Source: Folioceros fuciformis
Lineage: Eukaryota
NCBI GenBank assembly: GCA_049999805.1
Contig: JBNGIO010006224.1
Coordinates: 1-64,000 of the forward strand
Length of the DNA stretch: 64,000 bases
Reading direction: 5' to 3'
Position 1 is the first letter of the stretch. Each line of letters begins with the position of its first letter. The translations under genes were made by a program, and so were the position numbers. Below, piece by piece: positions 1 to 14,259 of this stretch. Below the pieces are notes generated by a model, which worked only from the letters and a program-made list of their open reading frames with translations, ran no database searches and had not been told where the DNA came from.

Positions 1-351
1 GGAGTGGACTGCTCTCCGATCCAGCAAGGCGGCTCCTGTTTCTTACCCGATCTGCTAGCCTCGCACGCCAGCTTCGCCATGAACCAGTACTACCAGGTGA
101 ACGGGCGGAACCCTTGGAACTGCTTCTTCAACGGCAATGCAGTCATCACCATCACCAATCCCAGTAAGTGTGCTGCTGCTGTTTCTTTGGAGTGACTGTT
201 CAGAGCTTTCTTCGCATCGTTGTGATGCTTCTTGTACGTGGGAGGCCCTTCCTTCCTTTTTTTTGTTTCTTTCCTTCTCTGAAGCTTTGCTCATGCTGTG
301 GTTTACGATGATGTGCCAGGCACCGGGACTTGCGTCTTCACCACCGCGTGA
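1..351 (+). CDS. X8 (CBM43) domain protein, 3' end only (beta-1,3-glucanase / callose-binding family)
   Basis: Exon 1-163 reads GVDCSPIQQGGSCFLPDLLASHASFAMNQYYQVNGRNPWNCFFNGNAVITITNP, a typical X8 domain. GT-AG intron 164-319, then a last exon STGTCVFTTA* ending at TGA 349-351. The 5' part lies outside the window. Confidence 0.9.
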
Positions 352-2023
352 GGGGTGCCCGAGTGTTGCAACAATTGTTGGTTGCCACTTGGCAAGTCTG
401 TCGGGAGGGTGTCCACTACTCGTTACTTATTCCTTACTAACAAGCTAGCGGCAGCCTCTTTTGCAGGCAGGCAAGCGCACATTTGTTCATAATGTGACAT
501 GTGTGTAGGTAGACAGACAAACGACTGTGCAAACTCACAACAGTGCGTGCGCGTGCTTACTTGCTGGGCAGTTAGCATCATCCTTCAGCGCAGGATGCAA
601 TTTTGTTGTGTGGGGACCAAGTCTTCTTGGTTGGCCATTATCTATATTCTTGTACAATTTCTCGTCGTATTATTATTATGTTCCACATTTCTGCATCGTT
701 CGGTGGCTCCAGACTTCTTCTTCCAGTTCCTTTTGCTGCTTCTCTGTTTGCTACGTCGCCCCTCCTCATCCTGCCATACTTTCATTCATAAGTGGAACTT
801 TTTAAAACTTTGTGTGCTCTTGAAACGTCACTTAGCTTTCGACGCTGAGCTCACTACACAGTACTCTGTTTCTTCTTGTAATAGTGGCCGGCCCAGGCAG
901 GACCATCATCGACTTATCAGGCCTCATCAAACCGAGATGTCGCCAATCCTTGCTGAACTGCATTCCTGTTCCTGGTAAATTAAGCCTGGCTCCAAAGTAC
1001 GGACGGACAGAAGTCGTCCGAAACGAGCTGTGGCAGTGGTCAAAATGCACCTTGCTCCTTTTGTTGGCTATCGGTTCGCCGCGGGATGGGGGAGCATTTC
1101 CTTTCCGCAATTTGAGGTTCGGAAGTGCATCGAAACTGGTCTGTTCAAGACTTTTTGACTGATGGAATGTGAGCAGGATTGGACCGACATCCGTCATGTC
1201 TGTTTTCAATGCACACGACGACAACGGGCGTGTGGTGGGTCTACTTGCCCATGACCTTACCTGTCCGCCCCATCCAGTACAGACGTATCTCACACGAGCT
1301 TATAGCAGAGAGGAAGCACCCGCCATGTTTCAAGGCTCATCATGGGATGGATATGCTTCAGGGCTCTCTCATCTACCACACCGAGAAACGATACGTGTGA
1401 TGATCATGCAACGGGAGAAGGCTGCGCAGACTCCCGGGAACCCCTCAGCGCATCTGGGCCAAGCTTCGACGCCTCCTCGATTCCTTCGCATAATTCGCCG
1501 GGCCCCACGAGGTAAGGCTCGGCTCTAGGCCCCACTGTTGCACACAAGCACGAGCTCGGGCCCAGCTGGAACCCACCTTTCAAGTAGACTACCGATCACA
1601 AAATGATGAAGAGGCCGTGCTTGTTCAACTCGATGCCGTCACACGCTCTTCGAATGCCTTTCATGTTACGTCCTCATGGGATGGGATGACAACTAGCGTC
1701 CCATCGTTGCTAGAACTTCCATCCTCCGCTATGTAATTGCTGGCTAGTACTTGCAACAAAACGTTGCAAAAGCGCCATGTTTACAATTATCCCACGAGCG
1801 TCCCTATCCCTCACAAAACCTGCGTGTTTTATCCCTATAGCAAGGGAGACCAAGTATTGCTGCTTTGTCACGTACGTCTGCGAAATAACTATCGCACCTG
1901 TTTAACAGCTACATGTACACAGCCACACAGCAGAGACATGAGGTCCCGACTTCCAAGCTGTACGAATTGAGAAGGCCGAAGGGGGAGCTTCTCCTCGCAC
2001 ACAACTGTGTGCCTGTACCGATG

Positions 2024-3955
2024 TTAGCTAGAGACGATGCACGCAGCACGCGCAGACTCCACTGTGACGTTGGAACCTGCTGGAGGACTTCGCAGCTTGA
2101 TCTGGAATAACTTTGGCCAGAACTTGCCAGTAACTGCAGTTCACTCCGTGTACAGAATCAGAATGCAGGCACTCTCAATAGCCTCCCAACTGCTACCACT
2201 GGAACCGAGATAAAACTTACCAAACACACGTTTTTGTTCCGAATCCCACGCAATGCCGTTTAGGACGTCCAATCCTCTTCCCTGCCGTCATTGCACTTGC
2301 ACATCAAGAAAAACTCTGCAACATCTAGACAGAGAGGCAGACTCAAAGCCGACACTTACATTGTATCCTCCTTTCCGAATAGAGTCCCTGCCATTTCCAG
2401 CACACAAGTAATCAGCTCCGACAATCTGTGCGTAGCAGAATTCTGCGGAATACGAAGCGCAGCTCACCTCAGTCCAGTTAATAGGATCCAGCCCTTGACC
2501 CGACCATCCTTCGGGGAGATTCTCACAATGCATTCTTTCTGCACAGGCAGCACGAAGTAAGTTCAGGTCATTAAGAAACCAGCATCTCGAGCTTCCAGAG
2601 CTCACCATTCATGTCTCAAAGTTCTGCTGCCAGCAAAATTACTTGATTCGTTATGAGCGGAAACAAATTCGATATAACAGGAAACAAACCAGCCACACAT
2701 TTGCCCAGATTTCATCGCCTATGTACTCAAGTTCATTGAGGAGCGTCACTTCCTTCCCTCCATCTTTCACCGTAATGTTCCTGATTTCTGCTTAGACAAT
2801 TGCAAGAAGCTGGTGAGAGAAGCACATGACCGAGTAACTTGGACTCCACAACTGCAGCGTGTTCAAACCTGCAAATGTGTCCGGGTTGATGAAGTACAGT
2901 GTGGAACTGCCGTCGCTCCCAATTAATTGTGTGGCGTCTCCAGTCAAGCCCCAACCATCTCTCATGGGCTGAATAAATGTTCCAACCTGTGTGGCATGTT
3001 CATTTGGGCACAGGAAGCAAAAACATATCATTGCCACCGTGCGAACACCGCCCACATCCAAGGCCATAGCACCATTGTAGTCAGTACCTGAGAAAGGTCC
3101 TCGCGATCATAGATAAAACCCTGGGTTGTCTTCCAGAGCACTTGAAGTAGCCTACATGGCCAGCAGACAACACATAAAGACCAGCTCAAAACCCACCATG
3201 TGAAAAAGCATGAATAAAGGAGGACGGAACAGTCATTCCACACCTGTCCTTCCACAAGGTCAGGCCTTCTCCAAAATATTTACTTCCAAGTTGCTTTAAT
3301 TGCCGCACCTGATATCTCCAAGGTCAAGTCCATAACTCTCGAACATGGAGCCCTAATTAGCACGAAGATAATTCTTGACAAGATGTCACACCTCACCGCT
3401 CGCCAGATCCACTCGCCGAACGGATGACTGCACCACAACAAACCATTAGCAACAAGTTAGCACAGCCTATCTAAAACTTGGTGCTTCAGCAAAGCAATGC
3501 CAGCTGCATGTTCTCCTGAACACCTACCTGTCCATTCAGGCCAGTAGATTCGTACAACATGTCGTCCCTGTAATACAACAAACCCTGCGTACCACTCAAG
3601 CAACATCCAACTCACTCAGCCCGCCTCTAAGGTCACAGAAGCGCGACACGTTCGTGAATACGAGCCCACAAACCTGAGTGAAGGCATTGGGATCGTGAGG
3701 GAACTCTGCTACAACCTCATACTCGTGCACCTGCACCTCGGCCGTCTCCAATCCATCTGCTGCGAATTCCTTGTGAGGTCTCCCGAAGAAGATACCCCAA
3801 AACAGCGCCACGGCCAGCACGACAGCCATCGCCATGCAGACCCCCGTGCCACACCATACCGACTTGTAGCGGGCCAGTCTGCGAGGCCTCTTATGCCCAG
3901 TTTTCGACTGCACGGATACCTCGGTAGGTGACATCTTCTGGCGGTGTGACAGCAT
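2024..3955 (-). CDS. QCT: Glutaminyl-peptide cyclotransferase (plant/bacterial-type glutaminyl cyclase), multi-exon
   Basis: Spliced exons give an N-terminal hydrophobic anchor followed by EFPHDPNAFTQGL, LYESTGL, YFGEGLT, DGWGLT, SDGSSTL, LNELEYI..EIWANVW, DVLNGIAWD and VTGKFWPKLFQI. Stop at 2024-2026. The start is either ATG 3955 or ATG 3934. Confidence 0.93.
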
Positions 3956-5103
3956 AATCGGCAGTCGAACTGTCAGGCTGTCCACGCTCCCCTCGAGGGT
4001 CCGTGCGCAACCTTGTCCCGTGCAAGAGAACGGGGATAATCCATGGCCGGGACATCAGTTCCCAAGTGCAGCTCAGGCGTCATCAGCGTGCTACTGCTAC
4101 TGGCGCCATCGTCATCGCGACCGAGGTGAAGGGAAGTTCACCTGAAAAAAGTTTGGACTTCGTCCATTGGTCCAAGCTGGACTCTCTTCTTCAACGCTTT
4201 TCGAGCCGCGGCCTGGAAAAGGAAAGTTCCGGGATTTTACGTCGTGCGACGTCAAGGCGCCAACCCGAGGGATGCGAGTCTCGTGAAGCATGTTGATGTC
4301 GGAGGAGGAGATGCGAGATTGCGGGGAGTCCGACTTCTGCGCCAGAACGGACTGCGGCTTGCGCAAGGTGGAATCAGACAGGCCCAAAGTGGTGTACAAA
4401 TGTGACCTGGTGTCCACGCTGCGCATCCGATGCCTGTGTGGCAAGCGCGCTGTTGCTGACTGCAGTGGCTTGAAGGTGGCCAGGACGGAGCTAGGACTGT
4501 ACAGTACCTGCGACCTGGCTTCTTGGAGGTGGATGGCAGGGGGAGCTGGCCTGGTTGCGGTGCTGAGCTTGGTAAACTCCAGCGGCTTCCGTGATTGCAG
4601 GGAGGGCTCCGGCTCGGGCTGCAGTCGGCTGCAAATTGAGGTCGCCAGACTGCGCTCGAAGGAAATTCAGCAATAGGTTTGTTCTGCTCTCGGGATTTGG
4701 AAGATGAATCGTTTATTGCAGGAAATGCATCCTGTCTGCAGGAAAGGGATTCAGCTCGCTCGCCCTTAGGGCAGGCAAACAGGCTAAGGTCTTGGATGGC
4801 TGGCTTGCCTACGTGCAGCGTTGTGGTGTAGTTTCTCTGTGGACGAGGAGAGTGTCGGCCACTGTATTGTGACAGTACATTGTGACAATTGTTGCATTTT
4901 TATCCACGGCTTCTGTCGTTCTTGGCCATCCGCCAAACTGCGTGTGAGACAGTCAGTTCTGTGCTGTAGACACGACTTCGAAGGCGCACTGACCCCCTAC
5001 TCGTCTTGTCACATGAAACGTTTGCCGGTGAAGTTGTGGATTGATTCTTCTAGCCCAAATTACCGGTGTCCGTTCACACAAGCCAGTGCCCGGGGTGTGA
5101 GGT

Positions 5104-5203
5104 NNNNNNNNNNNNNNNNNNNNNNNNNNNNNNNNNNNNNNNNNNNNNNNNNNNNNNNNNNNNNNNNNNNNNNNNNNNNNNNNNNNNNNNNNNNNNNNNN
5201 NNN
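5104..5203. other. Assembly gap (100 N)
   Basis: Run of 100 N. Confidence 1.
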
Positions 5204-5796
5204 ACGCCAAATCGCTGGGAACAGTTTGAGCACGTTTTCAGAACGTACCTTTAACCTATGACTACATTTATATACACTAATCTGTTTACAACTTATTGAT
5301 ATGAATGTTGGTGAGACGAATACTTCATTAGTGACAGACCGCATTCCATGTGGGATTAATCATCTTGGGCAGTGGTGGCAGGTAAGCACTTTGGCTCATA
5401 CTCAACTTCCCATCTCCTCGCCGTTTGCTTTGCTGCTAAGCCCTTCGGCTTATGCTCAACTTTCCATCCCCTGGCCATGATCAGAAGCTACACGATAACG
5501 AACAACGGAGATTAATTATTGCGTTGAACGTTGTTAACAACAATGTGCTTGTTGTACTCCCATCGGGTCTTTCAGGCTTCAGATTTCAGGTACCGTAGTC
5601 AGGCTTGGCCTCTGAACTTTAAATGCCCACTTTTGGCCTCAAGTTCCCCGAGTTCCTGGTACAGAGGGTAAGCATAAAGAGGTGAACCAAGCCATCAATG
5701 TCTGGGATGACAAACGTTGTACACTAGTACCAACCTAGGTAGCCCGGGTGAGTGTATGGTGGCAAGTTCCACGATGTCACCAGTCCTTGGACCTGT

Positions 5797-8700
5797 TCAA
5801 ATCAAGGAGACGCAAAGCGCGTCCATCTGAACCCATCTGTAGGCACACCGATCGCGGATGCTCACCATCACGTCAGCAGCTTCAACTAGAGGATCCAAAA
5901 CAGTCGACAGTTGGGTCTTCACTGCCATTTGACCTTCCTCGTCCTCTATCTGTCAAGAACCCAACCGTACGATGTTATGAAACGTAGAAATCTCTCTGTC
6001 AATCAAGAAACACAGTGCGCTCGCACAGGCGACCTTCTCCATTGCTCGAGGCACGTCCAGCAAGCGACAGAAGTGGCTGAGTTGGTTGTACAAGTCTGCC
6101 TGTGTGTACTGCAAGGACCAAAGCACCGCTTATCAGAGGGCATGACGAGCGCTGACGCTAGGGACTGGCTATCAGAGTTCACGTCGATGCAGAGGACGCG
6201 TTTAACAGAAAACAGAATTGATGTCAGCCTACCTGCCGCGCGAGGCGTCCATTGCATCGTGGATAGTTGGGACAAACGGTGCCTCTGTCAGCATCACCCG
6301 ACACTCGCAATGTAATGTTCCGCGTCATATGCCCGCAGATCTCGTCATCACACTGGAACGAACACAAGCTAGTTAGACGTAGAAGCAGGATGCATCACCG
6401 GCACAATGGTGGAGAACTGAGAGCGCTGAAAGGCTTCCGTTGCGAACCATCATCCATCCTTCATAGTACCGCGTCACGAACTCCTCTGCCCGCTGTTTCA
6501 CCTAGCGGAGTATTGCCCGCAGTAAGTTGTGAGATGCTGACCAGTGCACGGCGGTGTAAGGTGCAGAAATGTCGCGGTCGGATTAGTTGTACCTGGTTTG
6601 CCAGTCTTGCAGGGGCTTCCGTGTCCGCGCCACCGTGGTGCCGACACCGAGGACAGCGAAATGGAGACTCACGGTGAGACAAGGACTCCGGGCTTCCAGT
6701 CTGGTGTGAGGCAGACGCGATGATGCTGTCGACGCCGGCGAAGTCGAAGCGCTGGCTGCATGGACAGATCAGTTGGAGCGGTTCACAAGTTCGATACCTG
6801 TGCAGCGAGAGCGAGGTTAATCTCCTCAGGAACAATGGGAAAAGATATCGTACTTTGGCCAGCGCGAAAGTGGGGAGTAAGATCTACTAACCGGTCGGCA
6901 TCATCCAGAATTGCACTAGATGAGACCAGCGCGTCGTCTCGATCGTTGGTGCTGGAGCTGTGCCTCTGCTGGAACTGCAGAATTGAAGCAAAAACAAAAC
7001 TTGGTCGGACTAAGAGCCAGCCGACGTAGAAATTTGCGACCTTGTAAATATATGGCGCACTCACTCACCTTTAACGGATCAAGGCCAAGGCACTCAGCAA
7101 GACGTCCTGAGTCCGTTCCTTCGATCGGTGCGCATAATCGCATAACAACAGGATGTATCTGGTCACAAGCGAAGTACACTCAGCCTAGACTGTTAGATCT
7201 GAGTCACCTCACATACTCTGAAAGTTCACAGCATGAACGCACACCTGCTGCTGGATGTAGTAGTCAATATCAACCACCCAGTTCCCACTATCTTGCTTCA
7301 GTTCGTCGGGATGCCTGGCTCTGTCTGCTATTCCAGATGATGGGCCTCCTTCAGAATCCTGAAAAAGGTAGCGGTCAGGCGACAGTCCACGCAGCTGTTG
7401 AAGAAGACACAGACATGCAAGCAGCAGAGACCATACCTTCTCAAGACAAATAACGTATGGTACAGTGTCCCCAACGAAACAGCCAATTCTATGCCCACTC
7501 AGCCTTCGCCTCAGAGCGACCTGCCAGAAGACGGGGGAGAATGTGAAACACGTGAATGACCCGAAATGGCACGTGGCTATGGCACCTCACATAAACGGCA
7601 AGGCAGAAGAGTTGTCTCCTACTTGAACGTGAGGCTGGTTGCGTGCGTCTGGATATTCCTCTGGATTCTTAGTTAGAGTCTTCGTAATGACGTACTTGTC
7701 CAACTCCACCTGCCCACTCCTCATTTCCTCTTGCAGCTGCAAAACAGTGGTCACGTAGTAGGTTGAGCATCCTTGATTTCCAGCGTGCATAGCCCACTTG
7801 TGCTACAAGGGGGATGGGGCAAGCTGTAGAGGAATCGCAACATCAACGCATATCAAGGAGTCTAGAATTTTCTTGCAACGAGTCTAGAATTTCGACAAGA
7901 AAAGGGGGTGACATAATCAAGATGTTACCATTCTAAGTTGATTATGGATGTTCTCCACCACTTCTTCTCGCAGACTGATGAGAGAGTTCCCACATGAGAC
8001 CCTTTCAGCTCAAGAGCACGACCCATTACAAAAGGCCCGCAGGGACAGGTACACTAACCCTCCAGAAAGTATCTGCCCAAGACAGAAATTTCCAATCTCC
8101 TTGGACAACATACTCCAGTCACGCCGTACAATATCTAGTCCCTTCTGTTCGATGACCTGCGAGAAGCAAGATAACTAGATGTGGATGATTTAAAGAGTAG
8201 AAGAAAACTAGCTCCTACAAACAGACAACTATTACCTCTCCGAACGTTCCGTCCCCAGTTGGAACAACCTTAACAGCAGCATATTTCTTTTTCTTGAGTA
8301 GCAACATCCGCTTATACAATCCATCCATGTCAATCTCAAGCAGCCTATATTTTTTGTTAACCTGAGAAAGAAGACGTCAGGTGAGTAAGAGCACCTGGTG
8401 TCTCTTAATTCTTACTGGCGATTTAGTGCCCAGTCAATGTACGTACTTCCTTGATGACTTTAACACCGATGTCTCGAGCTGCAACAGGGTCATCCAGTCC
8501 TGTGTGGATCATTATTGAGTCTGTGTCTCCGTAGATAACCTGCGCATTTTCGTAGTCAAGGGCAAGTTGCAACCATCCAAATGAGTTCTTCCGAGCAAAG
8601 ATTGCAGGAGAGACATACCTCAAAGTTAAGTGTGTTCTGCACAAGGTCCACTGTACTTTGCAGGATCTCCCTACCCTGGGAAGTGATGAGTTCAGCTATC

Positions 8701-11700
8701 GGCTTTGCATAAAATCGCGAATTTGGGAACCCCAGGCACCCGTACATACTACGCAACAAACAATAAGAGACATGAGAGTCAGCTAAGTAAGAAACGTTCT
8801 GGGCCTTGAAACAAGAAATGTTACTAGACGAGCAGTAGGTACAAATTCAGAGTACTGACCTATTGGCAGTAAGCTTCAGTGCTTGCTGTTGAATATTCAA
8901 CTGCTGATACTTCAGGTTGTCAGATGTGCGTTTCAGCCACTGCTTCACTTGCTTCCTCCTCTCCACCAGGCTTTTGAGGACCTAAGCCCAACGAATCATA
9001 CTCCATGTGAACAGAACATTAGGGCATTAACATCAATGGGGACCTAAAACGTTACAGGCGATGTACCTGGGGTAAAACTCCAGGAGTGTCGCATGTTGGT
9101 AATGCTGGAATAGTGTCTTCGTCAGATCGTTCTACGGTTGTAAAACATACGTTGTACTCCTGCAGGCTCAAAATGTGGTCAGAAGATTACCCCAGGGCCT
9201 GAAGGGGGAAAGAATCAAGAACAGCGGAAAAGGAAGTGCTCGTGGACAGAGGGCTCACTTGTATAATGGATGGGTACAGGCTATTGAAGTCGAGAAGGAG
9301 GATGTACTTGTCATAAAGACCCTTTTTGGGTTCCAGAACCAGTCCACCTGAATAAGCAGGGCCTTTTCTCCGCTTTCCAGATGGCCCAACAAGAGTCTCT
9401 TCCTGAATATTTTCATCTCCAAAGGCCAGTTCTTCTCCGCCATCGACTTCGGGGCTTGACAGCTTCTTCCGTTTGACAGTAATTCGCTCTTTCTCGCGGA
9501 GAGTAAGTTTGTCAGGGACAATGAACTTGCGGCTGTGAAATTCATGGAGCAGTAGATACTCAACTCTCTGTGCCCTTGCTCCCTGTCACACGGGGATTGG
9601 GAGTCTAAAATTTGAAGTTGAAACCAGTCACAGAACATTCCTCATCATCACCAGCAATGAGCTGGCGATTTGCATAAAGAGGGCAACATAATTTATGAGC
9701 TGTATTCACCTGCAGAGTCTTCCCCCAAAGATTTCCACTGATGTTGGTTAGCTGCCTAGTCAATGGCAGCACATTCAAATGAAACATCAAACTTAAAGAA
9801 AGCCAAGCATCAGTTTCCCCTGATTCAACCTGCAAAGGCAATGGCCAGCGCAACGTTAGAACCAGCCGTTCTTCAAAGACACCAAGGCTTGTTGCTGAAC
9901 TCCTTGGCAGGCAGAGATCAATATGTGTTCTTGATGGCAGCAGCAACGTTTTGCCCACCAGTTCAAATAACGACGCCGATGTTTTGTACATGGATGGAAT
10001 CTCAGAAGGTATAAGTTCCTTTCTCTCCCGACCTAGCTGGCTCTTGGAGAGTTGCGTTAATGAATAGCTCACCTACATCGAACAAGGTGAAACACGAGAC
10101 TTCAGTCCCTACTGCCTTGACAAGTAACTGGCGCTATGCACTGTAGGGAAAAGTCGGGTCCTACCTCTTGAACAAGGTCACGAGCAGCCAAGTATGTGTC
10201 ACATAACAACCGACCAGCAATGCACGCCATAGCGCCAGGACCAGCTCCTGCACCGAAGGTATAACCACCTCCATTGAGTTTGGGCATCATAGAGCGCTTC
10301 AACCGGCCAATTTTCGACCACATACTGCTGGGTACTTTACATGCCTGGTAAGCGTCAGAAACAAAGAGTCCATCAGAAATCATGAGACACAAGGCAAGAA
10401 GAGTGGTCAATGACTGGGAGACCATGTTGCACTATACAGGCCAACTACGTGCTGCGTAGAAAGACTACTACCTGAAGCCGGTGAAGGAGTACATCAAGGT
10501 CAAATCCAGAAATATTGTGCCCCACAAAAATATCCGCATCCAGCTGGTGCAACTTTATCATCAAGTTGTTCAACAAAGCTCGCTCACTGATAGAAAATGA
10601 GAATTACATGATCGGCTTTCAAGATTTACTATTGTAGAGGAGCTTTGCATGCACTTGCATTGGCAGCATATCAGAAACGAGCTTCCAACCTTCCTTCGCA
10701 GCTTAGGACATTTGAGCCAGCTTTGGCATTGGTGGAAGTCGCCTCTGACGTGAAGCCTAAAGGGAAAATGCCTCCATCAAGCTTTCGCACCACGCTGAAG
10801 TGATTGAGCATCTTGTGGGTGTTCCAATGGGTTGATAACATCGGTGCATCCACCTTGGAAGTCCAGATGCGTCCAGAGGGTAAGGTGGCACTCTGACTTG
10901 AGGTCGGAGAAAAACAAGAGAGACATAAAAATGCTCTACCACGCAAAGAACAGCAAAAGCCCGAGGCCAGGCCCAACCTGTACGTGGCGACAGTAGACAA
11001 CTGATGCTGCTGCAACCTCATTGACATTTTGCTTGTGATTCACCACAGTCTTGAGGTTGATGGCTGCAACAACTAAGGTAGGGATCTGTTGATTGATTGT
11101 GTCCGAAACAGCTGTAGTCAAATTCTTGGGGGAGTCGACAACCACCTCAAGCTTGCACCAGCTAACCTGCCGTACCAACGTTTAAGGGAAGAAAATCCAG
11201 AGATGACGGAGTCCGGCAGAAGTTCAACGTGACAACGAGCAGGATAAAGCAACACAAATGTGCAAACTAGGCACCTGTGAAGGACTCGGACGAAACACGG
11301 GATTTGCTATGGACAGCCAGCATGGTCCTTTAATCTTTTTCTTGATTAACAGGAGTTCAAGGGCACTGCCAAAAGCAAATGTTAAGTTAGATTCCGTCAA
11401 CTTTCCAGACAACCGGGGAGTGCAAAGACCTGGACTTCGGGAACAATGGACAAGAACTTGAGGCAGAAACGTTAACACACATTCTGTATCAGAACTTGAA
11501 CCTGGTCTGTGTCCCAAAAAGGCCAGAAAATGTCGTACCCTTCATATCTGCTGGAAGGGCTGTATCCTAAATCACACAACGGAGTGACGCAGACAGGTCA
11601 AACGCCTTTCCTGTAACCTCAAACAATGCAAGTAATTGTGCGAAAGGCAACGTTTCACAAACCTTGAAAGGGTAGCTCAGCTTTATGAAGTAGTGCTCCC

Positions 11701-13655
11701 CACTTGTCACGTCTTGTCGTTCGAATGCGTATGACCTCTGCAATCCAAAAGCAGCAAGAAAACACTCGGCTCAGCAGCTGGTACGACAAGTAACACACGT
11801 TACACAGCAGAAGGCGGTGCATTCTACCTTCACAGGAACCATGGAGAACTTTGCCACGTTAAGATCCAGCAGCTTTTGAGCAATCTCGTCTTTCATGTCA
11901 CCTGCCAGCTCCTACAGCATCGGGACGCCAATGTGGGGCTCCAAGGCTCAAGTGGCGGAACTTTAAACTACTCCTGGAGGGAATGAAAAAACAGTAGAGA
12001 GGAGATGACCTGCAACTTGGCAATCAAAGCTACAGCCCCAGCTTTCCCGTCCGATTGTGCAGCCCCTTGGAGTAGAGCTAGCTCTGTGGCAGGGAAGACG
12101 CTGGGAGCAGGAATGGCATAAATGCACCGCTGAATGTTCCTCACGACAACGCAGCAACTGACATGTTTGCCGTCATACAACACCTGCAGAAGCACAGTGC
12201 GACTCCAGTCAGCTTCATTGGACTCGTCGTCGGTCCCAGCCTGCATTCGACGGCTTATTTCCATGTGGCTCGAGAAGGTGATATACCTTCCCAAAGAGGT
12301 AGACGGTACCGGGATTGGCTCCAAATCCCTCTTCATGGGCGTCAATGAGGTAAAAGGGGAGGCGGCCATCATCATCGAGGGGGAAATCAGCGATGTCAGC
12401 TGGTGCGATCTCAACCTGCTGCTCTTCCTCCACTACCTCCAGCTTCTCCCCAGCACCACCTTCTCTGATAGCTTGCCAAGCCGCGGAGGCTGCTGGTGCT
12501 GAAGGTGCCGTGGATGCCACCTTGGCATTCAGCCCAACTTTGCCACTGTCAACAGGAGGCGGAGGAACCACGGGCGCAGGATTTGGTGTCGACGAAAGCT
12601 CATCAACATCGGGAACTTGCTCTAGCTTGAGGACCGCAGGCGGAGAATCAGGCAGCGCTGACAACGCATCTTCGATATGCCAGCACGGGTCTAACCCATC
12701 TTCAACATGGGGGCACGTCTCTTGTGGACTGTCTCCGACTGCACGACGAGCTTCGTCATCATCATCCCTGGCCTCACGAATTGGCTTTCTTGCAATGGAC
12801 GGAACTGTATAGGAAACAGTGTGACTCGCAGACCTTTGCGGCCCTGCTCCTTGGATGCCAATTCGGGCCGCTGCCTGCCCGCGCACACCTGCGAAACAGC
12901 GCAGACATGAATGCACCGAGACCAGCGTCACCGACACAAGCCATCCGTCGACGAAGCACCACAGAAGGCGATCCCAAAGCACGAGGGTACCTAATCTACG
13001 CCGCTTCTCCTTCTCCCGGTCCACAGTATCGACTCCGATTCCCGCAAGCACATCCTCCAGCACATTCTCGGAATCGGCTGCCCTCCAGTCATCCTTGGCC
13101 TTGGTGCTGAGCCCCGAGGCAGCGGCGAACATGGTGGAGACGCGCTGCTTGTTCAGCGCAGCAGCTGCAGCCGCGGCAGCCGCCGCCTTCGACACCGCCT
13201 CCTTCTTCTTGGGATCTGCAATTCCATCCAACGCCTGCTGCGGTGAGGCAGTGCAACGCAACAACCCAACATAGTCAATCCCCTGCACAATCCCGAAGCG
13301 TACCGCCTTCCTTACTCTGCCGCGGCTTCTTCCTCCTGGATTCATCCTCGTCCCCCTCCGAGTCCGAATACACATTGACATCCCACTCCTCCTCCTCCCC
13401 GATGTCGGCGTAGCCCAGGTCCCCGTCGTCCACCACGAAGCCCTTGGCCTCCTCCCGCCGTTGCGCAACCAGCAGGGCGTAGTCGGGCTCCGAGACCTCG
13501 TCGTACACCTTCTCCTCCAGCTTCAGGTTGAAGGCGTCCACTCGCTTACCGTTCTTCTGCCGCAGGTTCCTGATCTGCTCCAGCGCGGACGCCCGATCCG
13601 AGCTCTGACTGGGCCCTGCGGCGGCAGCGGCAGCATCCCGTCGTCTGGACGCCAT
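5797..13655 (-). CDS. POLA1: DNA polymerase alpha catalytic subunit, more than 25 exons
   Basis: N-terminal [28 protein letters not shown]. Family-B motifs [47 protein letters not shown] and [12 protein letters not shown]-terminal Cys motifs CDDEICGH and CPNYPRC, ending ...[18 protein letters not shown] at 5797. All junctions I checked are GT-AG. Confidence 0.97.
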
Positions 13656-13818
13656 TTTCCTCCCACGACCACCGTCCCTGCTGCTACTGCTAATTCCTGC
13701 TGTTTTCTCACACACGATTGCCGTCTGCGCTGCCACACACCCTTCTCACATTGGAAACGCCCAACACAGCGTACCGAGGGGTCACCCACATTCGCACCTC
13801 CTCTCGCAGTTCAGTCCA

Positions 13819-13840
13819 GGCGGGAAAAAAATGGCGGGAG
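13819..13840 (-). promoter_or_regulatory. E2F-binding sites upstream of POLA1
   Basis: GGCGGGAAA at 13819-13827 (reverse complement TTTCCCGCC, canonical E2F site) and a near-match TGGCGGGAG at 13832-13840, about 165 bp upstream of the POLA1 ATG. Replication genes are known E2F targets. Confidence 0.7.
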
Positions 13841-14259
13841 ACACTACCTGCCAGTACCTACCAAAGACAAGCCCAAGCTTGCCCAAGCCCACCACCACGC
13901 ATCCCGTCAAAATCTAGACTAAATAAGCAACATATTGTTAGTTCTCATTTTATAACAACAAGGAAGTATACCTTTATTTTACAATAAGGAAGCACGCCTT
14001 CATTTTACAAAGAACTAGACCTTCTCAAACCGGCTGGAAGGCCAGGCTATTTTTATTATAATATATTACAATAATGAGAAGTTGAACTCACTTTGTTTCT
14101 GTCCATCGAAACCAGCCCTTAGTAGGGTCCTTAATCACTCTGATTACCCTTAGGAGCCCTTAGTAGGTTGTATGGAGGGCAATAAAAATAAATATTTGAG
14201 CCCACTAATAAGAGAGACTAATTGCGTTGATAATAGTTAGGAAACTTTAGGGTTTTATT

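Noticed and set aside
12215-13468. 417-aa ORF as an independent gene
   Set aside because: It consists of POLA1 exons read through in-frame introns.
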